In this document: positions 40,617 through 51,524 of the stretch, in pieces | How positions within the stretch are numbered: the stretch's first letter is position 1 | How the letters are laid out: each line of letters starts with the position of its first letter | NCBI RefSeq assembly: GCF_006345805.1 | Contig: NC_042998.1 | Location: 196,726,001-196,790,000 of the forward strand | Source of the DNA: Octopus sinensis | Taxonomy: Eukaryota | DNA: 64,000 bases | Reading direction: 5' to 3' | Notes under the pieces: generated by a model | The model's database searches: none | What the model saw: the letters and a program-made list of their open reading frames with translations, nothing else | Told to the model about the DNA's origin: nothing | Translations under genes and position numbers: made by a program

Positions 40617-41021
40617 ATGTATATGTATGTATATATATGTATGTGTATGTGTGTATGTGTAGGTATGTATAGGCACACATGTGTACGTATGTGTGTGTGT
40701 ATGTTATGTGTTTATGTAGTATGTGCACACATTTTATTTTATTTTATTTTTTATTTTTTATTTTTTATTTTTTATTTTTTATTTTTTATTTTTTATTTTT
40801 TATTTATCTACTCTTTCATCTAACTTACCACTGACTCCTTGACCACTCCCCCAAGTATGATATTTTGCGCTATGCCTACCCCCAAAAAAGTCCCCCACCA
40901 CCACTCCTTTAACCTGCCTAAATGTATAAATGCTAATACAATTCTTGTTAAATAGCTTCCTGAAGATTTCTCTTGAATGAAACAGTACTAGTCCTGTAGA
41001 AGCTCCTTCTATATAATAAAT
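36498..41021 (+). repeat. Inverted copy of PLE-2 (mirror of 31739-36313), coding remnant 36498-37638
   Basis: Starts GGGCCTTTTCATCCTCCATAGGCTG, the reverse complement of the left-arm end at 36313; colinear to 41021. Differences are mostly small indels. Confidence 0.95.
40954..41004 (+). ncRNA. Type I hammerhead ribozyme, PLE-2 right arm
   Basis: AGCTTC (40954-59) CTGAAGA (40960-66), stem II, GAAA (40979-82), CAG..CTG, TA (40997-98), GAAGCT; identical to the left-arm copy. Confidence 0.8.
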
Positions 41022-41027
41022 AAATAC

Positions 41028-41066
<39 letters not shown>

Positions 41067-41067
41067 G

Positions 41068-41114
<47 letters not shown>

Positions 41115-41130
41115 TATACATATATATACA

Positions 41131-41166
<36 letters not shown>

Positions 41167-41459
41167 TGTGGTATTGCCATATAAAGTTACACTATAGCGT
41201 CAAAATACACACTGCTTAAAATAATTTATTGGATTGTTTATAACATCTGTTCTTTTGTTGTTTTTCTCCAGCCTCAGATCGTGTCTGATCCAACATATCT
41301 ACGATCAAAGATAATTCAGCTGTAACCATCCAGGCATAGTATATCTAAGGTTACATACACTATCCAGTTTCTCCTTTCATTTTCAAGACAGTAGGGTGAG
41401 ATTTGAGGTTGAGACATTCTGTAATGTGGTCTTAGATCGAGAAAAGGATGCGATGGCTT

Positions 41460-41969
41460 TAACTAGGACGCCTTTTGATCAAAGGTGCACCCAATGAGTG
41501 TTGATCTGGAGTTAAGCAACAAATAGGCAGAGCGGGTTGTAGCTTTTATAATGAGTGTATGGCAGCCTGCAGCGTTTGTAGGTAATGTTGGTTGCTGTTG
41601 CTGTTGAGCGAACGGTCTTCGTCCTAGACCTCTGTAGTAGAAGTCCGAAACGTGGTCCTTTGCTATTCGTAAGACCCGCAGAAGAGAAAGCAGGTCAACC
41701 ACCCGACACCGAGAGCATCGACGTATTGATGAATGCGCATCCAGGCTCAGCGGTTGCGTAGGAAGTCGGGGACAAGAAACAGGAAGAAAGTGTGAGAGAA
41801 AGTTGGAGCGAAAGAGTACAACAGGGGTCGCCACCGCTCCCTGCCGGAGCCTCGTGGAGCTTTAGGCGTTTTCGCTCAATAAACACACACAACGCCCGGT
41901 CTGGGAATCGAAACCACGATCCTCCGACCGCGAATCCGCTGCCGTAACCACTGGGCCATTGCGGCTCCA
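41460..41969 (-). mobile_element. tRNA-derived SINE family C with extended body
   Basis: Minus-strand head GGAGCCGCAATGGCCCAGTGGTTA...GGTTTCGATTCCCAGACCGGGCG; shared with 44138 and 58685-59075. Confidence 0.7.
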
Positions 41970-42217
41970 CACATTGTTGTTGTTGTTGGTGGTGGTGATG
42001 ATGATGGGAACTAAGAGGAACAAATGGTGTTAACAGTGGACAAGATGCTAAACAAGACAGTGTGTTAGGTCCAAGCTCTAAAAGAAAAGAAAATAATAAT
42101 AATAATAAAGTTCACTGCATTATTTGCGTATCCGGTTTCCTGACCGTTGTTGGTTCCAGCAATTATTCCATCCAACTGTGCATGTGTTTCTATTACTGAT
42201 CGAAAATATAATTACCA

Positions 42218-43145
42218 CTGTGTGGTAAGTAGCTTGCTAACCAACCACATGGTTCCGGGTTCAGTCCCACTGCGTGGCACCTTGGGCAAGTGTCTTCTGC
42301 TATAGCCCCGGGCCGACCAATGCCTTGTGAGTGGATTTGGTAGACGGAAACTGAAAGAAGCCCGTCGTATATATGTATATATATATGTGTGTGCGTGTAT
42401 GTTTGTGTGTCTGTGTCTGTCCCCCTAGCATTGTTTGACAACCGATGCTGGTGTGTTTACGTCCCCGTCACTTAGCGGTTCGGCAAAAGAGACCGATAGA
42501 ATAAGTACTGGTCTTACAAAAGAATAAGTCCCGGGGTCGAGTTGCTCGATTAAAGGCGGTGCTCCAGCATGGCCGCAGTCAAATGACTGAAACAAGTAAA
42601 AGAGTAAAAGAGTTATGATTATTGATTGCTTTTATTACTGAAGTCTTGAATCTGTGACCCGTTTTATAATTTTACAAGACAGGAGTGGGAGATTTCACTT
42701 TTACTAAAGAAGGAATCAAGAAACAAATATTCGAAATTTGTAGGGCTATGTGGTACGCGCAGGAGTGGCTGTGTGGTAAGTAGCTTGCTTACTAACCACA
42801 TGGTTCCGGGTTCATTCCTACTACGTAGCACCTTGGGCAAGTGTCTTCTGCTATAGCCAAAGCCTTGTGAGTGGATTTGGTAGACGGAAACTGAAAGAAG
42901 CCCGTCGTATATATGTATATATATATATATGTGCGTATATGTTTGTGTGCCTGTGTTTGTCCCACCAAAATCGCTTGACAACCGATGCTGGTGTGTTTAC
43001 GTCCCCGTAACTTACCGGTTCAGCAAAAATGAAACCGATAGAATAAGTACTAGGCTTACAATGAATAAGTCCTGGTGTCGACTTGCTCAACTAATCCATG
43101 CTCCAGCATGGCCGCAGTCAAATGACTGTAAAAGAGTAAAAGAGA
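42218..43145 (+). mobile_element. Two tandem SINE family B copies (42218-42612, 42757-43145)
   Basis: Both have the head, central microsatellite, 3' half and AGTAAAAG tail. Confidence 0.9.
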
Positions 43146-43566
43146 GTAAAGCTTTTTTTTTTATTTAACATGTAAGAACGTCCCCATGATTTTATGAACC
43201 TGAGTAGAGCATCTGAAATTTGGAGTTGAATATTTTTCTAGTGATATAAATTGAAACTGTGTTGAAACAGAAGCAATTATATCGCCGAAGGGTAATTTCA
43301 ACTATTTAAGACTACTTAAAATTTGTTATATTCAGAGTTGCATTTGCACTACAAAATTTTTGACATCTCATGAAATAAATTTGAATACAAAGTGAATTTC
43401 ACAGCTTTCTGTGTTATTAAATGGCTTTTTCTGCGACCTAGTTGTCATTATTCACTGTTCGTTTATTTCTTGATGTCAGAATTCTCGTCGCATACTTGGC
43501 AACTGATACAGTTTCACGGCAAATATTAGTGGGTTTATTGAAACACGTTTAATAAGTGGAAGAATT

Positions 43567-43740
43567 AAGACGGCGAGCTGGCAGACAAAACAGCGTAATT
43601 TCTTTCGGAATTTCTTTATGTTTCTAGTTCCAATTCCACCGAGTTCGACTTAGCCTTTCGGGGTCAATAAAATAAGTACAAGTCGAACAAGGTCAATGTA
43701 ATCGACTAGCCCCTTCCCCTAAAATTTCAGTCCTTGTAAA
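43567..43740 (+). mobile_element. SINE family A, degraded
   Basis: AAGACGGCGAGCTGGCAGA...GTTCGACTTAGCCTTTCGGGGTCAATAAAATAAGTAC. Confidence 0.7.
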
Positions 43741-44102
43741 AAAGATTTGGAAAAATAACCTTCAGCATGAAGTCTATGAAAACAACTGCAGTGACGCACT
43801 TATTGGATCAGATACGAATGGCAACGCTTCTATTAGAATTTATATTCCGATAAAAAAAATATATAAAAGCTTTTTTCATTGATTATTCATTAGTTAGAGG
43901 AATTTCAACTTTGTACAATAAATGACTGATGGTTATCGCAAAGATATTAGGTAGAAGTGCCATCCAATAATGGCATCCATAGATAAATGATCTTGTTCAC
44001 TTGCAATACAAATGTTTAATCCAAGTTTAATTATAAATAACAGTATTGTGATACAAACAGAACACCCATTAGCATCATCAATACCACTACTACCACCACC
44101 AT

Positions 44103-44137
<35 letters not shown>

Positions 44138-44138
<1 letters not shown>

Positions 44139-44392
44139 CAGTGGTTAGGGCAGCGGACTCGCGGTTTCGATTCCCAGACCGGGCGAAAACACCTAAAAGC
44201 GAAAACACCTAAAAGCTCCACGAGTCTCCGGCAGGGATGGTGGTGATCCCTGCTGTACTCTTCCACCACTCTTTCTTCCGTTGGCCTGCTCGCTTAGCCA
44301 GCGGGGTGGCGTCATTCGAAGGCTAAAACAATGCGAACGCATTGTGACCAGCGATGTGTAACTACATCTGATGGACTGGTCGGTCACGTGAT

Positions 44393-44400
<8 letters not shown>
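44138..44400 (+). mobile_element. SINE family C variant; its 3' tail recurs near-identically at 63706-63827
   Basis: GCAGTGGTTAGGGCAGCGGACTCGCGG head; tail TTGGCCTGCTCGCTTAGCCAGCGGGGTGGC...GGTCACGTGATCACGTGAT. Confidence 0.8.
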
Positions 44401-44424
<24 letters not shown>

Positions 44425-44426
<2 letters not shown>

Positions 44427-44705
44427 TGATAGAAAAGGTAAGACAACAAAAGAATGAAAGAGACCTCGATATTATGTAAATAGAGGAATTTATCTGTAAA
44501 TATATGTGACAATTATTCGGTAGCCATGATAAAACTCCGAGTTTCGGATGTCGGGGTGGAAACCCACGCCGCTATCTCTTCAGTTATCCGGCATTTTTTC
44601 GATGGCCGGATAATTGAAGAAATGGCGGCGTGTGTTTTCGCCCCGACATCCGAAACTCGGAGTTTTATCATGGCTACCGAATATTGTCACATATTATATT
44701 TACAT
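44425..44705. mobile_element. Miniature palindromic element carrying two divergent hammerhead-like motifs (44528-44588 minus, 44609-44669 plus)
   Basis: Arms 44502-44592 and 44605-44694 with a 12-nt loop. Motif GATAA-(C/T)TGAAGA-stem II-GAAA-CtcggaG-TT-TTATC. (TA)n on both flanks. Confidence 0.7.
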
Positions 44706-44989
44706 ATATATATAGTCAATTTAAATAAGCAATTAATTTAATTAGGCGAATAAAATTAACGGACAACAAGAGGACGTGCACATGGAATGTATTAGCTTGA
44801 CACTCGGTGAAAAGAGAGAGTTTGACGTTTCGAACATAGTCCTTCGTCGGAATGGGATAAGTCCAAAGAAGGAAAAGAAATCGCCAACAGTACGTGTATA
44901 GTTACATTGCTGAAGTATATATAACGTGCATTTCAGAAATTTTGAAACTTTTACAAGAGAGGCATTTATTAATTTCAAAAAAACGTGCA

Positions 44990-45435
44990 AACCTCTAATT
45001 TCTGTCAGAGTAAGATCCACTTGACTTTAGTACACTTGTAATGCTCCATCCATTTCGTGAAGGAACTATAGAAGTCCTTCAAAGTGAAGGTGTCACATCT
45101 TCCTTCATCTTCACAACGACTGTTCCTGAGGTTCTTCAGCTTTGAGATCAACCAAAATCATAGGGACTAAGGTCTGGACTGCGGGGAGGACGAGGGGCAG
45201 TTTTAATGCTCATCTCTGTCAGGTATTTGGCTGCTAGGGTCGGATTGTGACAAGTAGTGTTTAGTAGGGTGTGCTCAAAGAGCTGTCATAGCCGTTTCCT
45301 CCAATCTTGAATAACAAAATTTGACAGGCCAGCTTATAAGATGTATTAGTAATAATGTATTAAAATTACGATAAGCTAGGACTATTGTAACTTGCCTCTC
45401 CCCAAAAAACCTCAAAACTTCTGGAATGCACCTTG
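44990..45435 (-). pseudogene. Internally deleted mariner transposase remnant
   Basis: Minus-strand frames give P..SPDLSPYDF and DFYSSFTKWMEHY.C, matching the mariner C-terminal YSPDLAP.DF and W..R..KC motifs; many disruptions. Confidence 0.6.
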
Positions 45436-46439
45436 AATGTGTGTTTGTGTACGTGTATTTATAAGTATGTATGTATATGTATATATACGTGTATATGTAT
45501 GTATGCATTAATATACACACAAACACATATCTTTCAGCAAAGTATTATACATCATTGAAGAGGGTTAATTAGTCCGAGACGTGTCGGGAGTTGTCACCCT
45601 TCGTATCAAAGATCAGATTCAGACTCCACCTCATGTCTATATCTTATTTTTAACTAATTTCAATCAAAATTAGGGGGGGGGGAGGTTCCTTTGCCTTTTT
45701 TTTACCAGAATTAAAAACTTCTTCATTTTGCTTCCTTCTCATCACGAGACTCATTAAGTATGTTAATGAGACTCCATAACATTAAGTATGTTAATTAATA
45801 TCAACTTTACTATTTGTATTTTATGCTGAGGTATCACTGGGTAATACCTTCCTACCAGTCCTTCACTTCCGACCACTACCACCACTACTTCCCCTACCAC
45901 CACCACCACCACTGCTACCTCCATCACCACCGCCACCGCCACCATCACCACCACCACCACCACATATATATATATATATAACCTATATCACATGCGTTTT
46001 TTTTTCAAATCTCACGTTCTCTTTCTCTTGCTCTCTTTCCTTCCCTCCTCACTCACCTGTCTCACAACACCTGCCACCTACCTGAGCATTGTGCCACATT
46101 CTGTCTTTCACTCCTTCTCTCTCTATCTCCCCCTCTCTCTCTCTCTTTCTCTCCCCTCTCTCTTTCTCAGTACTTGTCTCTTACACTTTCCACTCTACTT
46201 CATACAACTTTAATAAAACAAGATCCTTCTCTCATTATTAGAAAGCACTCCTGCTGTGTGAACCCCCCCCCCAACCAAACACACACATAAGTACAGAAAG
46301 GGTATATATATACACACACACCATACATACACTTATTTTTATATATATATATATATGTGTGTGTGTGTGCGTGTATTTACTTGTTTGTGACTGGATATAT
46401 ATATATATTATATATATAGACTACATTAATAGGTCACTA

Positions 46440-47371
46440 TAAATGCATTCACACACACACTCACTCACACACACACACATACACTCACTCACACACACTC
46501 ACACTCAGACACACACACACACATACTCACTCACACACACACACACATTCACTCACACACATACACTCACTCACACAGACACACATTCACTCACACACAT
46601 ACACTCACTCACTCACACACACACACATTCACTCACACACATACACTCACTCACACAGACACACATTCACTCACACATACACTCACTCACTCACACACAC
46701 ACACATTCACTCACACACATACACTCACTCACACAGACACACATTCACTCACACACATACACTCACTCACACACACACACACACACACTCAGACACACAC
46801 ACGTATTGATACACGCTATTGACATCAATGAAAACTGTCAATAAATCTGTCCTGGGGCTAAACACTTTCACCACCATCGTCACCATCATGGCTGCCACCA
46901 CCACCACCACCACATCATAAACCACCATCACCAGTTCTATCAACAACAGCGCGACCATAAGGGCCACCACCACCAATCACCATTACAAGAACCACGCCGC
47001 CAACCACACCACTAACCATCACTTCTATCAACACCACCCTTACCATCATCATCATCACAACCACCACCACCACCACCACCACCACCACCACAACCACCAC
47101 CACCACCACCACCACCGCCACCACCGCCACTATCACCCCCACCACCACCGCCGCCATCTCCACCATTATTACTGATATCCTCGTAAAGGAAACATGGAAA
47201 ATGTTTTGGGTTTTCCAAGCATACAAGGTAAGAATTGGATGGTCACGGCTGGAAAACAATATGATCGACGTCAGAGCTATAATGAGGCTACATTAATAAC
47301 TGCCAAACGACACCAACACCAACATCACTGCCACTACCTTGTAAAAAAAAATTACTACTACTACTACTACT

Positions 47372-47409
<38 letters not shown>

Positions 47410-47600
47410 AACCATCTCTACCACCACCACCACCACTACTACTACCTACCACCGCCACCACCACTACTACTACCTACCACCGCCACCACCACAAACATTT
47501 CTCCTCTCCCAAGCAACGAACCGACTTGTTGAACACAACAAAAAGTACAGCCTTATCAACAACAGCAGCAGCAACAACAACAACAACAGACCTGATAATG
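46440..47600. repeat. (CA/CTCA) higher-order minisatellite (46440-46800) followed by (CAC/TAC/CAA)n tracts
   Basis: Direct reading; a ~40-bp unit ACACATTCACTCACACACATACACTCACTCACACAGAC repeats several times. Confidence 0.85.
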
Positions 47601-47687
47601 ACGATGACAATAGCAACAACTCACAAACACAAACGCATGCACACACACACAGACTGGCAAAGGGAGTATAACAAACCTGTATATATA

Positions 47688-47992
47688 GGCGCAGGAGTGG
47701 CTGCGTGGTAAGTAGCTTGCTTACCAACCACATGGTTCCGGGTTCAGTCCCACTGCGTGGCATCTTGGGCAAGTGTCTTCTGCTATAGCCCCGGGCCGAC
47801 CAATGCCTTGTGAGTGGATTTGGTAGACGGAAACTGAAAGAAGCCCGTCGTATATATTTATATATATATATATATATATTACCATATATACGACGGGCTT
47901 CTTTCAGTTTATATATTATATATATATATATATATCTATCATATATACGACGACGGCTTCTTTCAGTTTGATATATGTATATATATATCTAG

Positions 47993-48038
<46 letters not shown>

Positions 48039-48305
48039 ATAATATATATATATATATGTGTGTGTGTGTGGTGTGTGTGTTGTGTATGTGTTTGTGTGTC
48101 TGTGTTTGTCCCCCCCCCCACCATCGCTTGACAACCGATGCTGGTATGTTATGTCCCCGTCACTTAGCGGTTCGGCAAAAGAGACCGATAGAATAAGTAC
48201 TGGGCTTACAAAGAATAAGTCCCGGGGTCGATTTGCTCGTCTAAAAGGCGGTGCTCCAGCATGGCCGCAGTCAAATGACTGAAACAAGTAAAAGAGAGTA
48301 AAAGA
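47688..48305 (+). mobile_element. SINE family B with a rearranged, expanded central (TA)n
   Basis: Head 47688-47856, 3' half 48070-48305. Confidence 0.9.
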
Positions 48306-48411
48306 GATATATATGGAGGCGACAAGAAAACTTCGAAGTCACTATCAAGAGTTTATTTTTTCTTTGTAAAGATTATATATATAGATATGAATAAAAAATA
48401 TATAAATGTGT

Positions 48412-48673
48412 AGGCGCAGGCGTTACTCGGTGGTAAGAAGCTTGCTTTTCCCAACCACAAGGTTTGGTCCCTCTGCGTAGCACCTTGGGCAAGTATCTTC
48501 TAGCCTCGAATCCACCAAAGCCTTGTGTGTCGATCTGGAAGAGGAAAATAAGCCTGTCCTATATATCTATCTATCTATCTATCTAAGTCTGTCTGTCTAT
48601 CTATCTATCCATTTCTATCTATCTATCTATCTGTCTATCTGTCTATCTATCTGTCTGTCTGTCTGACTGTCTA

Positions 48674-48704
<31 letters not shown>

Positions 48705-48727
48705 TTCTATCTATCTGTTTATCTATG

Positions 48728-48780
<53 letters not shown>

Positions 48781-48877
48781 GTCTATCTGTCTGTCTATCT
48801 ATCTATCTATCTCTCTACCTACCTATCTATCTATCTATCTGTCTGACTGTCTATCTATCTGTCTGTCTATCTGTCTG

Positions 48878-48937
<60 letters not shown>

Positions 48938-49215
48938 ATATATAATATATATTATATATATAATATATATATTATATATATATATAATATATATATATAT
49001 ATATTATATAATATATATATAATATATATCGGTGCGTGTGTGGGGTGGGTATGTGATAACCGTGTGTTGGTGTGTTTTCGTGTCCGTAATTTAGCGATTC
49101 GGCAAAAGAGACCGAATAGACTTAAACAAAAAGTAATGGGGTTCGATTCGTTCGACTAAAGTTCTTCAGGGCAGTGCCCCAACATGGCCGTAGTCTAATG
49201 ACTGAAACAAGGAAA
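48412..49215 (+). mobile_element. Degenerate SINE family B whose centre is a ~470-bp (CTAT/CTGT)n + (TA)n expansion
   Basis: Head GGCGCAGGCG..ACTCGGTGGTAAGAAGCTTGC at 48412; 3' half GCGATTCGGCAAAAGAGACCGAATAG...GTGCCCCAACATGGCC to ~49215. Confidence 0.7.
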
Positions 49216-50089
49216 AAAGTGTGTGTGTGTGTGTACACAAATTCTTAAACCCTTACATCTGATCGTTTGACCTGCTAGAAACAACAGCAATATTCATTTC
49301 CAGTTGTTACATCCTCTAACACAAAGACGGAGTATGTACGGTTGAAAAGCCCTTCATCATAGGGCCCAGCTTAGTAAATGCCGACATGGGGGCTAAACAA
49401 CATACATATACATATAAAGCTGGTCGAAACTTCGAGGTTACTATCACCACTATTCTTGCAAATATATAATAAATATCGGCGATCGTTCTTGTAACGAAAG
49501 ATCGCCTAAATATCTATTCTACAAAAAAGTATGCTGTAATCCTCCAGTCCAGTTTCGTGTTAAAGTTTTATTTATACCTCTATATAAAACCAAACATTAA
49601 TATATATATGTATGTATATATGTATATATATACACACGTATATTCAACTTCCGCCAGGTTTACCACTACGACGACGACGACCACCACAACACTGCCACCA
49701 CTAACACCAACAACAATCACAACATCATCAGCAGCAGCAACATTGTCAAGCAATTATGCAAGCTTATAATTGTATAGTGAGTCGACTCATGTGGCTGTAA
49801 GGTCTGTGTATACGACGGATATAATGTATGTACCCGCAGATGTTTGAAGGACTACGTTATGGATGTAAATATATACCCACCTGACTTGAAAGGACTTACC
49901 CACGTTTATCGGATACCATAGCTGAGAAAAATGGCAGGTAAGTTGTGAGGTAAATTGGCCCACAAAACAAAAATACTGTTTTCTTCACCCGTTCTTTCAA
50001 CGCACCTGTTTAGGATGGTTAGTTATAATTAAATAATAATGTATGTTATAATTAAATAATGTGCATGTATGTGTGTGTGTTTTTTTCTT

Positions 50090-50135
<46 letters not shown>

Positions 50136-50469
50136 GGTCTTCGAGAGAAATTTTAAAGGCGAAACAACAATTCCCAGACGGTCTTATCAGGTAAAAGGAA
50201 GGTTATAAGGTTTTATTTTTAGGGACTACCAGATACACACGGGCCTTATTATTGGCTCCCCGGGCGCCTAACACCCTCTTAGAGGTCCTATGTGTGTATA
50301 CACACAAATACCTGTGCAACGCCATGTGTGTATATATATGTATGTATGTATATCTGGATATGTTGTATACACGCAAAGAGATGCATATTTAGGATGTATG
50401 TTTATATACGTGTGTGTGTGTTGACATTATATACGTGTGCGTATGTACGTGCGTGTATATACATGTATG

Positions 50470-50773
50470 AGACGTCCTAGTGTCCTAGTGGTTAGGGTGT
50501 TGCATTCACGATCGCGAGACCGTGGGTTCGATTCCTGGACCTGGCTGTGTGTTGTGTTCTTGAGCAAAACACTTCATTTCACCTTTGCTCCGGGATCACT
50601 TCGACGTCTGACATGTGGTACACCTGTACAGGTAATGTCGATTTGATGGAGGGAGTGAGCTTATATACAGCTCAAAATTCTCGATCACTACAAACAAATC
50701 GTCTACCTGCACAGGTTGTTCAACAACAAATTGCAAAACACTCATCTGCCGTCTACGATAGGAGTGTTCCTGC
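50470..50773 (+). mobile_element. tRNA-derived SINE, family D-related, with (ATC)n tail
   Basis: CTAGTGGTTAGGGTG...GGTTCGATTCCTGG...GTGTTGTGTTCTTGAGCAAAACACTT. Confidence 0.75.
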
Positions 50774-50807
50774 ATATATCATCATCATCATCATCATCAT
50801 CAACATC

Positions 50808-51071
50808 AGGCGTGGCTGTGTGGTAAGAAGTTCGCTTCTCAACTACATGGTTCCGGGTTGAGCCCCCACTGCGTGGCACCTTGGGAGACTGACTTCTATT
50901 ATAACCTCGGGCGAACCCCAAAGCCTTGTAAGTGGATTAGGGCGGAGGTAAAGAATACGCACACCACCCGTTTTCGGCGTAACAAAAACCTTAACCCTAA
51001 ACCCTAAATCTAACTCTAAATACTGGGTGTGCGTAGATTTGGTAAACGGACACTGAAAGAAGCCCATCGTA

Positions 51072-51107
<36 letters not shown>

Positions 51108-51264
51108 CTCTTTTACTTGTTTCAGTGATTTGACTGTAGCCATGCTGGAGCACCGCCTTTAGTCGAGCAAATCGACTCCCAGGACTTATTCTATCGATCT
51201 CTTTTGCCGAACCGCTAAGTTGTGGTTGATAAGCAAGCTACTTACATCACAGCATCTCCACGCC

Positions 51265-51320
<56 letters not shown>

Positions 51321-51492
51321 ATATGGGGGGAGGGTATGCCTTTGTGTCTATGCTTGTCCCCATCACCGTTTGGCAACCGCTTTGGTGTTTACGTCTACCT
51401 ACCTAGCAGTGACCATTAGAATAAATACTAGGGTTTAAAAAAATAAGCCATGGGGTCGATTTGTTCGACTGAATCAAGTAAAAGAACAAAAG
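50808..51492 (+). mobile_element. SINE family B split by a 97-bp insertion (50939-51035) and an antisense SINE-B fragment (51106-51260)
   Basis: Head at 50808 with GTGGATT|insert|GATTTGG; minus-strand SINE tail TACTCTTTTACTTGTTTCAG at 51106; degraded 3' half at 51330-51492. Confidence 0.75.

Positions 51493-51524
<32 letters not shown>

Noticed and set aside
46767-47532. Poly-Val, poly-Gly and poly-Tyr/His ORFs
   Set aside because: They are products of (CAC)n and (TAC)n repeats.
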